Source of the DNA: an uncultured Spirochaetota bacterium
GTDB taxonomy: Bacteria; Spirochaetota; Spirochaetia; SZUA-6; Fen-1364
Direction of reading: 5' to 3'
Assembly: GCA_963781885.1 (NCBI GenBank)
Contig: CAWAHW010000003.1
Location: 128,001 to 192,000, forward strand
Length of the DNA stretch: 64,000 bases
Part shown: one piece after another, positions 49,623 through 59,686 of the stretch
How the letters are laid out: every line of letters begins with the position of its first letter
How positions within the stretch are numbered: the stretch's first letter is position 1
Translations under genes and position numbers: made by a program
Notes under the pieces: generated by a model
Database searches by the model: none
Told to the model about the DNA's origin: nothing
The model's input: the letters and a program-made list of their open reading frames with translations, nothing else

Positions 49623-50744
49623 TCATAGAGCGGCGACCTTCTCCCAGCGTCCGGATTTGGCCGATGAGTACAGGGCATCGATCGCGAGATGATTGGCGAC
49701 ACCATCGGCCAGTCCCGGGCTCGGGTCCCGATCCTCGAAGATTGCCTTGAGGAACCGATATTGGCTCTCGGCATGCAGCCTCTCCCAGCCGAGTATGGCC
49801 CGGGCAGGAGGCACCGAGGCTCCGGGGAAACTCGAGATGGTCTCCAGGCGGACCCAGCCGGCCCCGTCAGCCGGGCGCGTCGCGTCGTAGAAGTAGAGCC
49901 AGTTGGCATCCATGAGGTCGAATCGCACGGCGCCCTTGGAGCCTTCGATCCGGATGCGAAGGTCATCGGCCGAACCGGTGGCGAAGCGCGAGACGATGAG
50001 GCTGCCGAGGGCCCCCGAGGCCATGCGGAACTGCATCCAGGCGGCGTCGTCGACGGTGACGCGGCCGAGCTCGCTTCCCCCTTTCCTGAGGGGGCGCTGC
50101 GCGACGTAGGTTTTCGTCTCCGCGAAGACCTCGGCGATCTCGCCGAGGAGCCAGCGGATGAGGTCGATGACATGGGAGCCGAGATCCACGACGGCGCCGC
50201 CTCCCGATGCCTCGAAGCGCATGCGCCACGTGAGGGGACGGGAGGCGTCCTGGTAGCCCCCGTGGAGGTACTCGCTGTGAAAACCGTAGATCTCGCCGAG
50301 CGCTCCTGCCTCGATGAGGGCCCTGGCCTTCGCGAGGGCCGGCGCGAAACGGTAATTGAAGGTCATTCCCAGGCGGCTCTTGGAACGGGCCGCTGCGGCC
50401 GCGATCTCCCGGGCCTCGGCCCCGGAGAGGGCCAGTGGCTTCTCGCAGATGACGTGCTTGCCCGCTTCAAGGGCAAGAAGGATGGCCTCCTTGTGGGCGT
50501 AGTTGGGAAGGACGATGTCGATGACCTGCACGCCGGGATCCGCCACCAGTGCCCGTATATCGGCGTAAGCGCGCTCGAAGCCTCCCTCGCGGGCCGCGGC
50601 ATCAGCCGTCTGGGTCGAGCTCGTGCAGACCGCCGCCATCACGTAGCGCGGAAGCGAGGGATAGATCCCCGGAATGCTTCGGTACGCCAGAGCGTGGAGC
50701 TTTCCGATGCTGCCGTATCCCAGCATGCCAACGCCGAGGGGCAT
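49623..50744 (-). CDS. Gfo/Idh/MocA oxidoreductase
   Basis: GYGSIG, CEKPLA, FNYRF, WRM..EASGGGAVVDLGSH. Confidence 0.9.
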   Translation of the reverse strand: MPLGVGMLGYGSIGKLHALAYRSIPGIYPSLPRYVMAAVCTSSTQTADAAAREGGFERAYADIRALVADPGVQVIDIVLPNYAHKEAILLALEAGKHVICEKPLALSGAEAREIAAAAARSKSRLGMTFNYRFAPALAKARALIEAGALGEIYGFHSEYLHGGYQDASRPLTWRMRFEASGGGAVVDLGSHVIDLIRWLLGEIAEVFAETKTYVAQRPLRKGGSELGRVTVDDAAWMQFRMASGALGSLIVSRFATGSADDLRIRIEGSKGAVRFDLMDANWLYFYDATRPADGAGWVRLETISSFPGASVPPARAILGWERLHAESQYRFLKAIFEDRDPSPGLADGVANHLAIDALYSSAKSGRWEKVAAL

Positions 50745-50754
50745 GACGTCCGTC

Positions 50755-51558
50755 CTACTTTGCCGCGAGACCTGCCGGTCCGCGATGCGCCCCTGAGGCA
50801 GCGTCCATTTTCACGCGGAGCGAGCGGACCGCGGCGGCGATCTCCCCTGAGCCGGGCTTGAACTTGCCGTTCTTACCCTTGAGGAGCGGCGAGGAAAACT
50901 CGCCCACTGTCATGCCCTTCGCGATGAAGCCCTCAACGTTGGCCTCGTTCAATCCCCCGTCTTCCATGAGGTCGCAGACCGACTCCCTCCCGGCGGAGAC
51001 GATCATGTCGTGGAGGCGACCAATATTGTCGTACATGATAGGGTCGACGGTATGGGGGCTTTTCGCGCCGCTCGTGGGTTTCCAGAAAGGAGCCTTGCAC
51101 TCGTACTCCACGATGTCGACGAAGGGCACGTACTGCTCGAATGCGACGATGGGGGTGCCCTGCCAGGCCCACACGCCCACCTTGAGCTCGAGAGTTTCCT
51201 TGACGAAGACGACCTGCTGCATGAGCATTTCCCCCGTCGTCTCGATGGGGAGACTGATGAGATTCGCGCCAAGGTCTTTGAGCTGGCGGAAAAGGTCGAA
51301 CGAGGGGCGCATCATCTGGAGCTGGACTTCAATCTCGAGAGAGGTCCGCGGCCGGATGCCATCGAGAACGTCGATGCCCCCGCGGGGCGCGGCGAAGTCC
51401 ATGTACGTGCCGTCCCTCATCTCGATGTGAACCCAGTCGGCCCCGCCAGCCTCGAGCTCTTCGACGGTGGCCCCGAGGTAGCCGTAGTCCGCCCAGAAGA
51501 GCCCGGCGGCGATCTTCGCCTGCCTGGCCACCCGGCCGATCTTTTCCTTTGTCGCCAT
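50755..51558 (-). CDS. Divergent ribulose-phosphate 3-epimerase-family protein
   Basis: AGLFWADY..L..LEAGGADWVHIEMRDG, EVQLQ, MEDGGLN. Confidence 0.7.
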   Translation of the reverse strand: MATKEKIGRVARQAKIAAGLFWADYGYLGATVEELEAGGADWVHIEMRDGTYMDFAAPRGGIDVLDGIRPRTSLEIEVQLQMMRPSFDLFRQLKDLGANLISLPIETTGEMLMQQVVFVKETLELKVGVWAWQGTPIVAFEQYVPFVDIVEYECKAPFWKPTSGAKSPHTVDPIMYDNIGRLHDMIVSAGRESVCDLMEDGGLNEANVEGFIAKGMTVGEFSSPLLKGKNGKFKPGSGEIAAAVRSLRVKMDAASGAHRGPAGLAAK

Positions 51559-51623
51559 TGCCCTCTCTCTCGGCCGGAAGGATAGTCCTGACCATGGGAG
51601 AAGTCAAGAGGAAAACTATCACT

Positions 51624-51642
51624 TGAAAGATAACTACTTTCA
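51624..51642. promoter_or_regulatory. Palindromic operator candidate in an AT-rich divergent promoter region
   Basis: TGAAAG-ataacta-CTTTCA. Confidence 0.4.
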
Positions 51643-51722
51643 TATGATCCTAATTTCGTGCTAAAATGTTGCGGGCCAGGCGGCAATCCGAATGGCACTG
51701 TCAGCCGCTTCGAGGAGGAACC

Positions 51723-52682
51723 ATGGACACAGTGCTCTGTGGCGTGGATATCGGAGGGACCAAACTGGGGCTTGGCATCGTTTCGACCGAGGGGCGCCTT
51801 CTGGCCGAAGAAACGATCCATGACCATGTGCGAAAGAGCCCTGACCAGGTGGTGGCCGACATCGCGAGGCTGGTCCCCGACCTCCTGGGGCGAGTCGGCC
51901 TTCCGATGGGGGCCCTCAATGGCGTCGGAGTCGGGACTGCCGGCCACCTCCGCTACAGGGACGGCGTGATGATTACCATGTCCAATCTCACCGGATGGGC
52001 CGGCTTTCCTCTCCGCGAACGGCTCCGGGCGCGTTTCGCCATCCCCGTCGAGGTCGACAACGACGCCAACGCGCAGGCTTTCGGGGAGTTCAAATACGGC
52101 GCGGGCAGAGGGTACCGGGACCAGGTCTTCATGACGATCAGCACCCAGATCGGCGCTGGCATCATCCTCGGCGGGAAGCTCTTCCGCGGCATGACGGGCA
52201 CTGCCGGGGAGATCGGACACACCATCGTGGATCCCGGAGGCGCCGAAACCTGCCCCTGCGGGAACCGGGGCTGCCTGATCTCGATGGCCTCGGGCGTCGC
52301 CCTGCCGGGAGCATTTCGGCGAGCCTTCCGCGCCGGCGCGACCTCCCGTCTCGTCTCCGAAGCCGATCTCGGCTCAGGAACGATCGACGGCCCTCTCGTC
52401 GCCCGCGGTCTGGAGGAGGGGGACGAGGCCTGCCTCCACGTCGTCGCGGACTTCGCCTCCTGGATCGGCATTGCGGTCTACAACATGTTCCAGATCTTCA
52501 ACCCCGAGGCCGTCGTTCTGGGAGGAGGCCTCACCAACTGGGGCGCCCCCTTCTTCGATGGCATCCGCCGCAAGGTCAAGGAGCTCGCGCGGGACATGAT
52601 GTACGACGAGCTGCCCATCCTGCCGTCGACCCTCCCGGCCTCCGGCATCGTCGGAGCGGCCTCCCTCCTCCTGTCCGCATGA
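51723..52682 (+). CDS. ROK-family sugar kinase
   Basis: GVDIGGTK, DNDANA, GEIGH, CPCGNRGC; no HTH; RBS GAGGAGG. Confidence 0.92.
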   Translation: MDTVLCGVDIGGTKLGLGIVSTEGRLLAEETIHDHVRKSPDQVVADIARLVPDLLGRVGLPMGALNGVGVGTAGHLRYRDGVMITMSNLTGWAGFPLRERLRARFAIPVEVDNDANAQAFGEFKYGAGRGYRDQVFMTISTQIGAGIILGGKLFRGMTGTAGEIGHTIVDPGGAETCPCGNRGCLISMASGVALPGAFRRAFRAGATSRLVSEADLGSGTIDGPLVARGLEEGDEACLHVVADFASWIGIAVYNMFQIFNPEAVVLGGGLTNWGAPFFDGIRRKVKELARDMMYDELPILPSTLPASGIVGAASLLLSA

Positions 52683-54217
52683 CGGCGACGCTGCGCGCGG
52701 ACGTTGTCATCATCGGCTCCGGCCTCGGGGGCTCGGCGATCGCAAAGAGCCTGGCCGGCACCGGCCTCTCGGTGCTCGTCCTCGAACGCGGCGACTTCGT
52801 GCGCCAGGAGGCGCAGAACTGGGACGTCGGCGAGGTTGCCGTTCGACGCCGCTACGACGCGGGCGAGACCTGGTTCGACGCGGAAGGTCGGCCCTTCGTG
52901 CCCCGGGCCTACTACAACGTCGGCGGCGCCACGAAATTTTTCGGCGGCAGCGCCCTCCGGTTTCGACCCACCGATTTCGCGGCGCGCGAGCTTGACGGCG
53001 GCGCAACGGCGGCCTGGCCCTACGGTTATTCGGAGCTCGAGTCCTGGTACGCGAAGGCTGAAGACCTCCTCGAAGTCCACGGGCAGGCAGGAGAGGATCC
53101 GACGGAAGGTCCCCGGGGCAGCTACCCTCGGCCGCCCCTCGAGCACGAGCCGGTCATCGAGGCAATCTCCGGGAGGCTCGCGGCTCAGGGCCTCCATCCC
53201 TTCCATCTTCCCGTGGCGGTGGACCAGGGCCCGAAGGGCCGCTGCGTCAAAGGGAGCCCCTGCGACGGTTTCCCGTGCAAGGTGCGGGCAAAGGGAGACG
53301 CGGAGAACCGCATCCTTCGGCCCTTATTGCTGAAGAAGGAGCCCTGGCTCGAGCTGCGGACCTCATGTCTCGTCGAGCGCCTCGAGACCGACACCTCGGG
53401 GGAGCACATCGTCGCGGCCCTGGTCCGCCGGGGAGGCGAGCGCTTCAGGGTCGAGGGTGGGACTTTCGTGGTCGCTGCCGGCGCCGTCAACTCCGCCGTC
53501 CTCCTCCTCCGCTCGGCAAACGAGCGGTGGCCGGGGGGCCTCGCCAACTCGAGCGGACTCGTCGGACGGCACTTCATGGCGCACAACAACACGGTCGTCA
53601 TGGCGCTGTCCCCCTTCCGCCGGAATCCGACTCTCTTCCAGAAGACCCTTGCCCTCCACGACTACTACACGAGGGAAGGCCCGGCCGGCCAGGCTCTCGG
53701 CGCGGTACAGTGCCGTGGTAAGGTCAAACCCGAGATGCTCCGCGGACGCACGAATCCTCTGCTTCGCCGGCTCGCGGCCCCTATCGCGGAGCGGAGCGTC
53801 GACTTCTGGCTGATGACGGAGGATCTCCCCCTGCCGGAGAACCGCGTCACCGTCGACGGCTCGGACCGCATCTGCCTCTATCGGAGGCCCGGCAACACCA
53901 CCGCCCACCGGGAGCTCGTGAGGCGCTTCATCGGCCACGTCCGCCGCGCCGGTCTCCCGATCACTTTCGTTGACGAGCGCGGTGTCGACGCCATCCAGCA
54001 CCAGTGCGGCACCCTTCGCTTCGGCTCGGACCCGCGACGATCCGTCCTCGATCCGTGGTGCCGGAGCCACGACATCGAAAACCTCTGGGTTGTCGATGCC
54101 TCCTTTCTCCCCAGTTCTGCGGCAGTGAATCCCTCACTCACCATCCTCGCCCAGGCCCTCCGGGCGGGTTCGCGCCTCCGCGCCATTCTGGTGCCGCAGG
54201 CAGCCGAGTTGCCGTGA
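52679..54217 (+). CDS. GMC-family FAD oxidoreductase
   Basis: IIGSGLGG, VGGATKFFG, GLANSSGLVGRHFMAH, HQCGTLRFG, VNPSLT; ATGA overlap with ROK. Confidence 0.9.
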   Translation: MTATLRADVVIIGSGLGGSAIAKSLAGTGLSVLVLERGDFVRQEAQNWDVGEVAVRRRYDAGETWFDAEGRPFVPRAYYNVGGATKFFGGSALRFRPTDFAARELDGGATAAWPYGYSELESWYAKAEDLLEVHGQAGEDPTEGPRGSYPRPPLEHEPVIEAISGRLAAQGLHPFHLPVAVDQGPKGRCVKGSPCDGFPCKVRAKGDAENRILRPLLLKKEPWLELRTSCLVERLETDTSGEHIVAALVRRGGERFRVEGGTFVVAAGAVNSAVLLLRSANERWPGGLANSSGLVGRHFMAHNNTVVMALSPFRRNPTLFQKTLALHDYYTREGPAGQALGAVQCRGKVKPEMLRGRTNPLLRRLAAPIAERSVDFWLMTEDLPLPENRVTVDGSDRICLYRRPGNTTAHRELVRRFIGHVRRAGLPITFVDERGVDAIQHQCGTLRFGSDPRRSVLDPWCRSHDIENLWVVDASFLPSSAAVNPSLTILAQALRAGSRLRAILVPQAAELP

Positions 54218-54232
54218 GCTAGCGCCCGTTTG

Positions 54233-54300
54233 ATTTCGTTCGGTTCTGAAATGGTTTCGTCTCGATGCTGTGTTGACAACGAACGAAATGCTGCTACCCT
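54233..54300 (+). promoter_or_regulatory. DeoR gene promoter with inverted-repeat operator
   Basis: ATTTCGTTCG (54233) / CGAACGAAAT (54280); TTGACA at 54273, TGcTACCCT. Confidence 0.6.
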
Positions 54301-54334
54301 GTATCTGCCTGAGAGTCGCGAAACGAGGAGCGGA

Positions 54335-55147
54335 ATGGAGACCAAGGACGTCGTCAGCAGGAAACGCGGCCCGCGGGGGCGGGGAAAAGTCGGCAACCAG
54401 GACATCAGCAACGCGGTCCTCGAGGCGATCTTCAAGTCGGGAACCTGCAGGGTCGCAGACCTGGCCGCGGACCTCGGAGTTTCCGAGGTTTCCGTCAGGA
54501 AGAGCCTCAACAAGCTCGAGCGCCAGGGCCTCGTGCGGCGCTATCATGGCGAGGCCCGGCTCTACGACGGGGATGACATTCCCTTCAGGATGCACCTCCA
54601 CTACCCCGAGAAGCAGGCCATCGCCCGCCAGGCCGCGGAGCTTGTCGCCCCGGGGGACACGATCCTCCTCGAGGCCGGGTCGGCGATCGCGATGTTCGCC
54701 CAGAGGATCCGGGACACGAAGGGGTTGACCGTCGTCACCACCAACCTGTTCATCGCCCGTTCGTTCCGGGGCTCCAAGACGCAGGTCGTCGTGCTCGGTG
54801 GACTCTACCAGGAGGAGAGCGAGAGCCTCGTCGGCCCGTCGGTGTGCGAGGCGGTGAAGCAGATAGGCTTCTCGAAGGCATTCATCGGCGTCTCCGGCTT
54901 CACCCGCGCCTCGGGATTCATGCTCAATGACGTTGCCCGGGCCGACGTGACACGGGCTATCCTGGAGCGCGCGGCCGAGTGCGGTGCCAGGACATGGGTT
55001 CTCACCGACTCATCCAAGTTCGGCGTCTCGCACGCCGCGGTGGTATGTCCCGACCTGTCCCTTTTGAGCGGGATCGTGACGGATCCCGGGATCACGGAAG
55101 AATACAGGTCGCACTTCCTGAAGGCCGGTCTCCAGATCCTGACCTGA
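54335..55147 (+). CDS. DeoR/GlpR-family regulator
   Basis: LGVSEVSVRKSL..LE..GLVRRYHG, EKQAIA, EAGS, TDSSKFG. Confidence 0.92.
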   Translation: METKDVVSRKRGPRGRGKVGNQDISNAVLEAIFKSGTCRVADLAADLGVSEVSVRKSLNKLERQGLVRRYHGEARLYDGDDIPFRMHLHYPEKQAIARQAAELVAPGDTILLEAGSAIAMFAQRIRDTKGLTVVTTNLFIARSFRGSKTQVVVLGGLYQEESESLVGPSVCEAVKQIGFSKAFIGVSGFTRASGFMLNDVARADVTRAILERAAECGARTWVLTDSSKFGVSHAAVVCPDLSLLSGIVTDPGITEEYRSHFLKAGLQILT

Positions 55148-55181
55148 GGCCCCGGCACGCCAGCGGGCTGCAGGGGCGGGC

Positions 55182-57574
55182 CTATCGGAACGAATGCTCG
55201 GTGCGGGCGATGATGTCGTCCTGCTGGTCCGGGGCGAGGTCGTTGAAATAGGCGGAGTAGCCGGCAACGCGGACAACCAGATCGCGGTGCCGCTCGGGAT
55301 GCTTCTTCGCGTCGAGGAGCGTCTCGCGGGACACCAGGTTGTACTGGATGTGCCAGCCCTTCATGTCGTCGAAAAAGGTCCGCAGCATCGCTTCGAGGCG
55401 TCCCCGGTCTTCGACCGTGCGGAGCGATCCGGGGGTCAGCTTCTGGTTGAGGAGGACGCCGCCAAAGATCTCACGGGCGGGCAGCTTGCCCACCGACGAC
55501 AGGACTGCCGTCGGTCCGAGGAGGTCCGTGCCCGATGACGGGGAGGAACCTTCCGCGAGCGGCGTGCCCGCCCTGCGGCCGTCGGGCGTCGCCTTGACGG
55601 CCGCTCCCGAGGGGACGTTGGAGGAAATGCTCGAGGTGCCCGGGTAGTAGCCTCCGCCGATCGGCCCACGCCCGAAGCGCGTGTTTCGATACCGCGTGAT
55701 CTCGTCGATGTAGGCGCGGTAGGCCTCGATCGTGATCGAGTCGACGTCGTCGTCATCGTTGCCGTACTTGGGCGCTTTGTTCAGGAGCTTGAGACGGAGT
55801 ATCTCCCCGTCTTTCCCCGCAAAGTCAGTGTCGAGGGCGGCGAGGAGCTCCTCCTTCGTCACCGATTTCTCCTCGTAGACAAGCCGCTTGATCGCGGCGA
55901 AAGAATTGCCCATGTTGGCGATACCGACTTGCAGGCCGGAGATCCAGTCATAGACGGCGCCGCCCTCCTTGATGGTCTTGCCGCGCCCGATGCAGTCGTC
56001 GGTGAAGACCGAGCAGAGGATGTCGGGCACTTCCGTCTCCAGCGCCGTGTCGACCGCGGTATCCACCTCGACGCTCGCCCGTGTATAGAAGGCGACCTGG
56101 CGGCGCCATGCGTCCATGAGGTCAGCGAAGGTGGCGAAATCCGCGAGCGTGCCCGTGCCGGGGAAGAACGCCTTCCCCGAGGTCGCGTCGATGCCGTCGT
56201 TCAACGTCGCCAGCAGGATCCGCGGCATGTTGAGGAAGCTCATGCCCGTCGTGCGGTAGCCCCACTTTCCGGGCACCGCCACCTCGATGCAGCCGATGGC
56301 CGAGTAGTCGCGGGCGTCGTCGAGGCTCACGCCGCGTTCGAGCATGCCGGGCACCACAACCTCGTCGTTGTTGAATGCCGGCATGCCGAAGCCACGGTCG
56401 ATCACGCGGGCGCAGGCGTCGAGGAACTCCCTCGTCATGCAGCCATGGTAGCGCACCGACAGATTGGGCTGCGTGAGCTTGAGCTCACCCACGGTTTCAA
56501 GGATGAGGGTGGAGAGCCGGTTGGTTGCGTCTTTCCCGTCCTTGTCCACGCCGCCGATGGTGACGTTCTGGTAGAGGGGCCCACCCGCGGAGTAGCGCGT
56601 ATGGGACCACGAGCGGATCTTCTTGATCGCCAGGAGCTTGAGCCAGGTCGCCTCGAGGAGCTCGGCTGCTTCCTCGCGCGAGATGCGCTTCGAGTCGAGG
56701 TCACGGTCGTAGAAGGGCCCGAGGAACTGGTCCATGCGGCCGAAGGACACGGAATGGCCGTTCGACTCGATCTGGAGGACCGCCTGCACGAAGTAGGCGA
56801 GCTGGAGGGCTTCGCGGAAGCTTCGGGGCGCTCCTTCCGCGATTGCCGTCGCAGGTCGCGGCGATCGTGGCGAGCTCCGCCGCGCGGGACTTCGAGGTCG
56901 CGCGGGAGGCCTCGTCGGTCGCCAGTGCGGCAAAACGCTGGATGTACGCAGAGAAGCCCTCGAGCGCGTCGATCATCGCGAGGTGCAGCTGCCGACGCCT
57001 CAAGCCGTCCCAGGTCGAGACGTCGTCTGCTTCGAGCTCGCGAGCGACCAGCGCCTTGTATCCTGCGAGCCCGAGCTCCAGGATCCTGCGCGTGTTCGGG
57101 GCGATATGACCGTCGCCCGACGTCATGTTGCCCTCCGCGCGCACCATGCCCGGAGTCGTGGATGGCCTTGAGCTCGGGGCTGAGGAGTGCTTCGGCCCTG
57201 TCGTGGAGGGTCTTGCCTTTCCAGTATTTCACGATCTCCAGGAGCTCGGCCTTGTCCCCCGGGGAGATTTCATACGACTCGGCGGGCCGGTTCCCGATCC
57301 CCTCGATCTCCCGCTCGATCCACGCGACCGCGTACTCGGGAAAGATCGGAGCCGCCCTGTTCCTCGAGGCGAGGTTTCCCACAACAAGCTCATCCTTCCC
57401 GATCCAGATGGTCATCTCTTCGAGGGTGCGCCGGAGGGCCTGGGCGCGGCGCCTGGCCACGGGGAGGTTCTCGGTTTCCTTGTAGAGGCGGGTGTAGATG
57501 CGGGCGCGTTCGATGCAGATCGACGGCTTGGTCGAAAGGATCTCGTCCTTGATCCGGGCAATGCGTTCGGTCAT
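55182..57574 (-). CDS. Glycyl radical enzyme, YbiW/PflF-like; split into three ORFs by two +1 indels (~57150, ~56846)
   Basis: IESNGHSVSFGRMDQ, SAGGPLYQNVTIGG, AIGCIEVAVPGKWGYR.TGMSF, C-terminal RVAGYS. Confidence 0.88.
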
Positions 57575-57576
57575 GG

Positions 57577-58488
57577 TCAGCCTCCAGTCGACGTCGCGAA
57601 GCCGAAGGCGGCGGCCTTCGCCTCCCAGCGAGCGACGTCGCGTCTTTCTATGTCATGCCCCCCCTTCCAGGTACACTCGCGGTCGAGCATCGCGTATTTC
57701 CCGAGAGCGAGCTCATGGTAAGGCAGAAAGTCGACACGCCGCGTCACGCCCCTCGGGTTGGGAAGGGCGGCCGCGAACGTGAGCATTGCCTCGATCGAGG
57801 CGTCGTCCGCGTTGAAGCCAGGCACGAGAGGAACCCGAAGCTCGAGGTCGGCTCCCGAGGCCGCGAGAGTCGTCGTGTTCGCCATGACCTGGACAAGATT
57901 CCCGCCCGTGTCTTGCTTGAATCGGTCCGCGTCCACCTGTTTGAGGTCGGCGAGCCAGAGGATCGGAAGGCCGAGGAGGGGCGCGAGTGCACCGGGGGAC
58001 ACAGCGAGGCAGGTTTCGATGGCGACGTTGACGCTGCGCCCCATAAGGATCTCGGCGAGCTCTCGCGCGAAGGCAGGGTGGGCGAGCGGTTCTCCGCCCG
58101 AGAACGTGGCACCCCCTCCGGACTTCGCGAAGAAGGGCGCGTCTTTCATGACCTCGAGAGCGACTTCTTCCGCCGTCATATTTTTTCCGGCGATGCGGAT
58201 TGCGAGCGAGGGGCATACCCTCGCCAAGCCCGGGACCGCTTTCGCGGCCCGATTGGCCTGCACGGTCCCGTCCTCGCGCTGAGCCATTGCCCCTCCGAAG
58301 GCAGCGTCCAGACAGGCGTGGCAGCCGACGCAGCGATGCTCATTGTAAAGGATTTCCGGCTCGAAGGATTGTCCTTCCGGGTTGGAGCACCAGGCACAGC
58401 GCAGGGTGCAGCCTTTGAAAAAGACGACCGTCCTTATGCCCGGACCGTCATGAGTCGAGAAGCGCTGAATGTCGAAGATTACAGCCAC
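57577..58488 (-). CDS. Glycyl radical activating enzyme (radical SAM, YbiY/PflE-like)
   Basis: IQRFSTHDGPGIRTVVFFKGCTLRCAWCSNPE, FSGGEP, LPYH. Confidence 0.92.
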   Translation of the reverse strand: MAVIFDIQRFSTHDGPGIRTVVFFKGCTLRCAWCSNPEGQSFEPEILYNEHRCVGCHACLDAAFGGAMAQREDGTVQANRAAKAVPGLARVCPSLAIRIAGKNMTAEEVALEVMKDAPFFAKSGGGATFSGGEPLAHPAFARELAEILMGRSVNVAIETCLAVSPGALAPLLGLPILWLADLKQVDADRFKQDTGGNLVQVMANTTTLAASGADLELRVPLVPGFNADDASIEAMLTFAAALPNPRGVTRRVDFLPYHELALGKYAMLDRECTWKGGHDIERRDVARWEAKAAAFGFATSTGG

Positions 58489-58496
58489 TGAGAAGA

Positions 58497-58543
58497 ACAC
58501 TATCAGCTTATTTTCATTTGGTCAATATTTAATTCCGTTCGTA
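58497..58543 (-). promoter_or_regulatory. Promoter of the activase-GRE operon with a DeoR-like box
   Basis: Minus strand TTGACC-17 bp-TAGTGT; upstream ACGAACGGAAT. Confidence 0.6.
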
Positions 58544-58553
58544 AGTATTACAG

Positions 58554-59597
58554 TCATGGGAGCTGTGCCGCTGGAGCGGTATCCCCGGGGAGCAACGTCG
58601 GCCCGGTAGATGAGCGGACGATCAATTGCGGCGCGAGTATGACTTGCTTGAAGGGAGCCTCGCTTTGAATTCGTTCGAGGATCAGGTCCACTGCGATCCG
58701 GGCGATGTCGTTGATCGGCTGGTGAACCGTGGTCAGCGAGGGCGATGAGAACGAAGCATACGTGATGTCGTCATACCCGGTGAAGGAGACTTCCTGCGGC
58801 GCGGACACTCCCCGGTCGTGTGCGGCCTTGATGCCACCGAGCGCCATCTGATCGTTCGAGAAGACGATGGCGGTCGGTCGCTGAGCTTTCCCCCACAGGG
58901 CAATGAAGGCATCGTATCCGCTTTCCAGGGACCAATCGCCGCGGAACACGAGTCGTTCATCGTACTCGATGCCGTGTGACCTGAGGAATCTTCTGTACGT
59001 GACAAGCCGTTCCCTCGCGTTGATCTCCTGCAGCCGGCCGCAGACAAAGGCGATCCGGCGGTGTCCCAGTCCCGTCACGTGGCCAAGAACAAGCCTCATC
59101 CCGGCACCGTTGTCCGTGTCGACGTACGAGTGCGGGGTGCCCCGCGATCTCCCGTGTACGGCGACGAACGGAGCATTCTCCGCGGCGAGCAGCTGCACAT
59201 TCGCATCGTCGACGGCGGGCGCGAAGACGATGAGTCCGTCCACTTTCCGCTCGGTGATGAGGCGATGCAGCTCGGGGTTCTCGGATCCGTTCCTGATCGA
59301 TCCGAGAAACAGGTGGTATCCCCGGCTGCTGAGGTTCTGCTCCAGCTTTACGGAGAGCTCGATGAAGTAAGGCCGGGCTATGATGTATTCCTCCGGAGGG
59401 AATATCAACCCGATGTTTTTCGTCCGCCCGGCCGAAAGCGCCCGCGCGGCGGCGTTCGGGTGGTAAGAAAGCTCACGGATGGCCGTGAGAACGCGCTCTC
59501 GGGTTCCCTGGCGGACATTGGGCAGGTTGTTCACCACCCGTGAGACCGTCATGTATGAGACGCGGGCCCTTCGCGCCACATCCTGCTGCGTTGCCAT
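58554..59597 (-). CDS. LacI-family repressor
   Basis: TQQDVARRARVSYMTVSRV, PNAAARAL, GYDD, PSLTTV. Confidence 0.93.
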   Translation of the reverse strand: MATQQDVARRARVSYMTVSRVVNNLPNVRQGTRERVLTAIRELSYHPNAAARALSAGRTKNIGLIFPPEEYIIARPYFIELSVKLEQNLSSRGYHLFLGSIRNGSENPELHRLITERKVDGLIVFAPAVDDANVQLLAAENAPFVAVHGRSRGTPHSYVDTDNGAGMRLVLGHVTGLGHRRIAFVCGRLQEINARERLVTYRRFLRSHGIEYDERLVFRGDWSLESGYDAFIALWGKAQRPTAIVFSNDQMALGGIKAAHDRGVSAPQEVSFTGYDDITYASFSSPSLTTVHQPINDIARIAVDLILERIQSEAPFKQVILAPQLIVRSSTGPTLLPGDTAPAAQLP

Positions 59598-59686
59598 GAG
59601 CTCCCTTCTCGACCATGTGATTATAGCGGCTATTGCGCTTCCAGAAAAGCTGGTTCGAACCCGGCTCAAAGCTCCGGAAAAAAAGG

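Noticed and set aside
51995-52678. N-terminal extension of the 740-aa GMC ORF
   Set aside because: Alternative frame over the ROK gene; the real start is 52679
45560-57160. Programmed ribosomal frameshifting in TPR-CHAT or GRE
   Set aside because: No slippery heptamers at the shifts; similar indels are scattered over unrelated genes
55182-57574. True pyruvate formate-lyase
   Set aside because: Single-Cys GCIE loop and RVAGY rather than the CC pair and RVSGY of PflB
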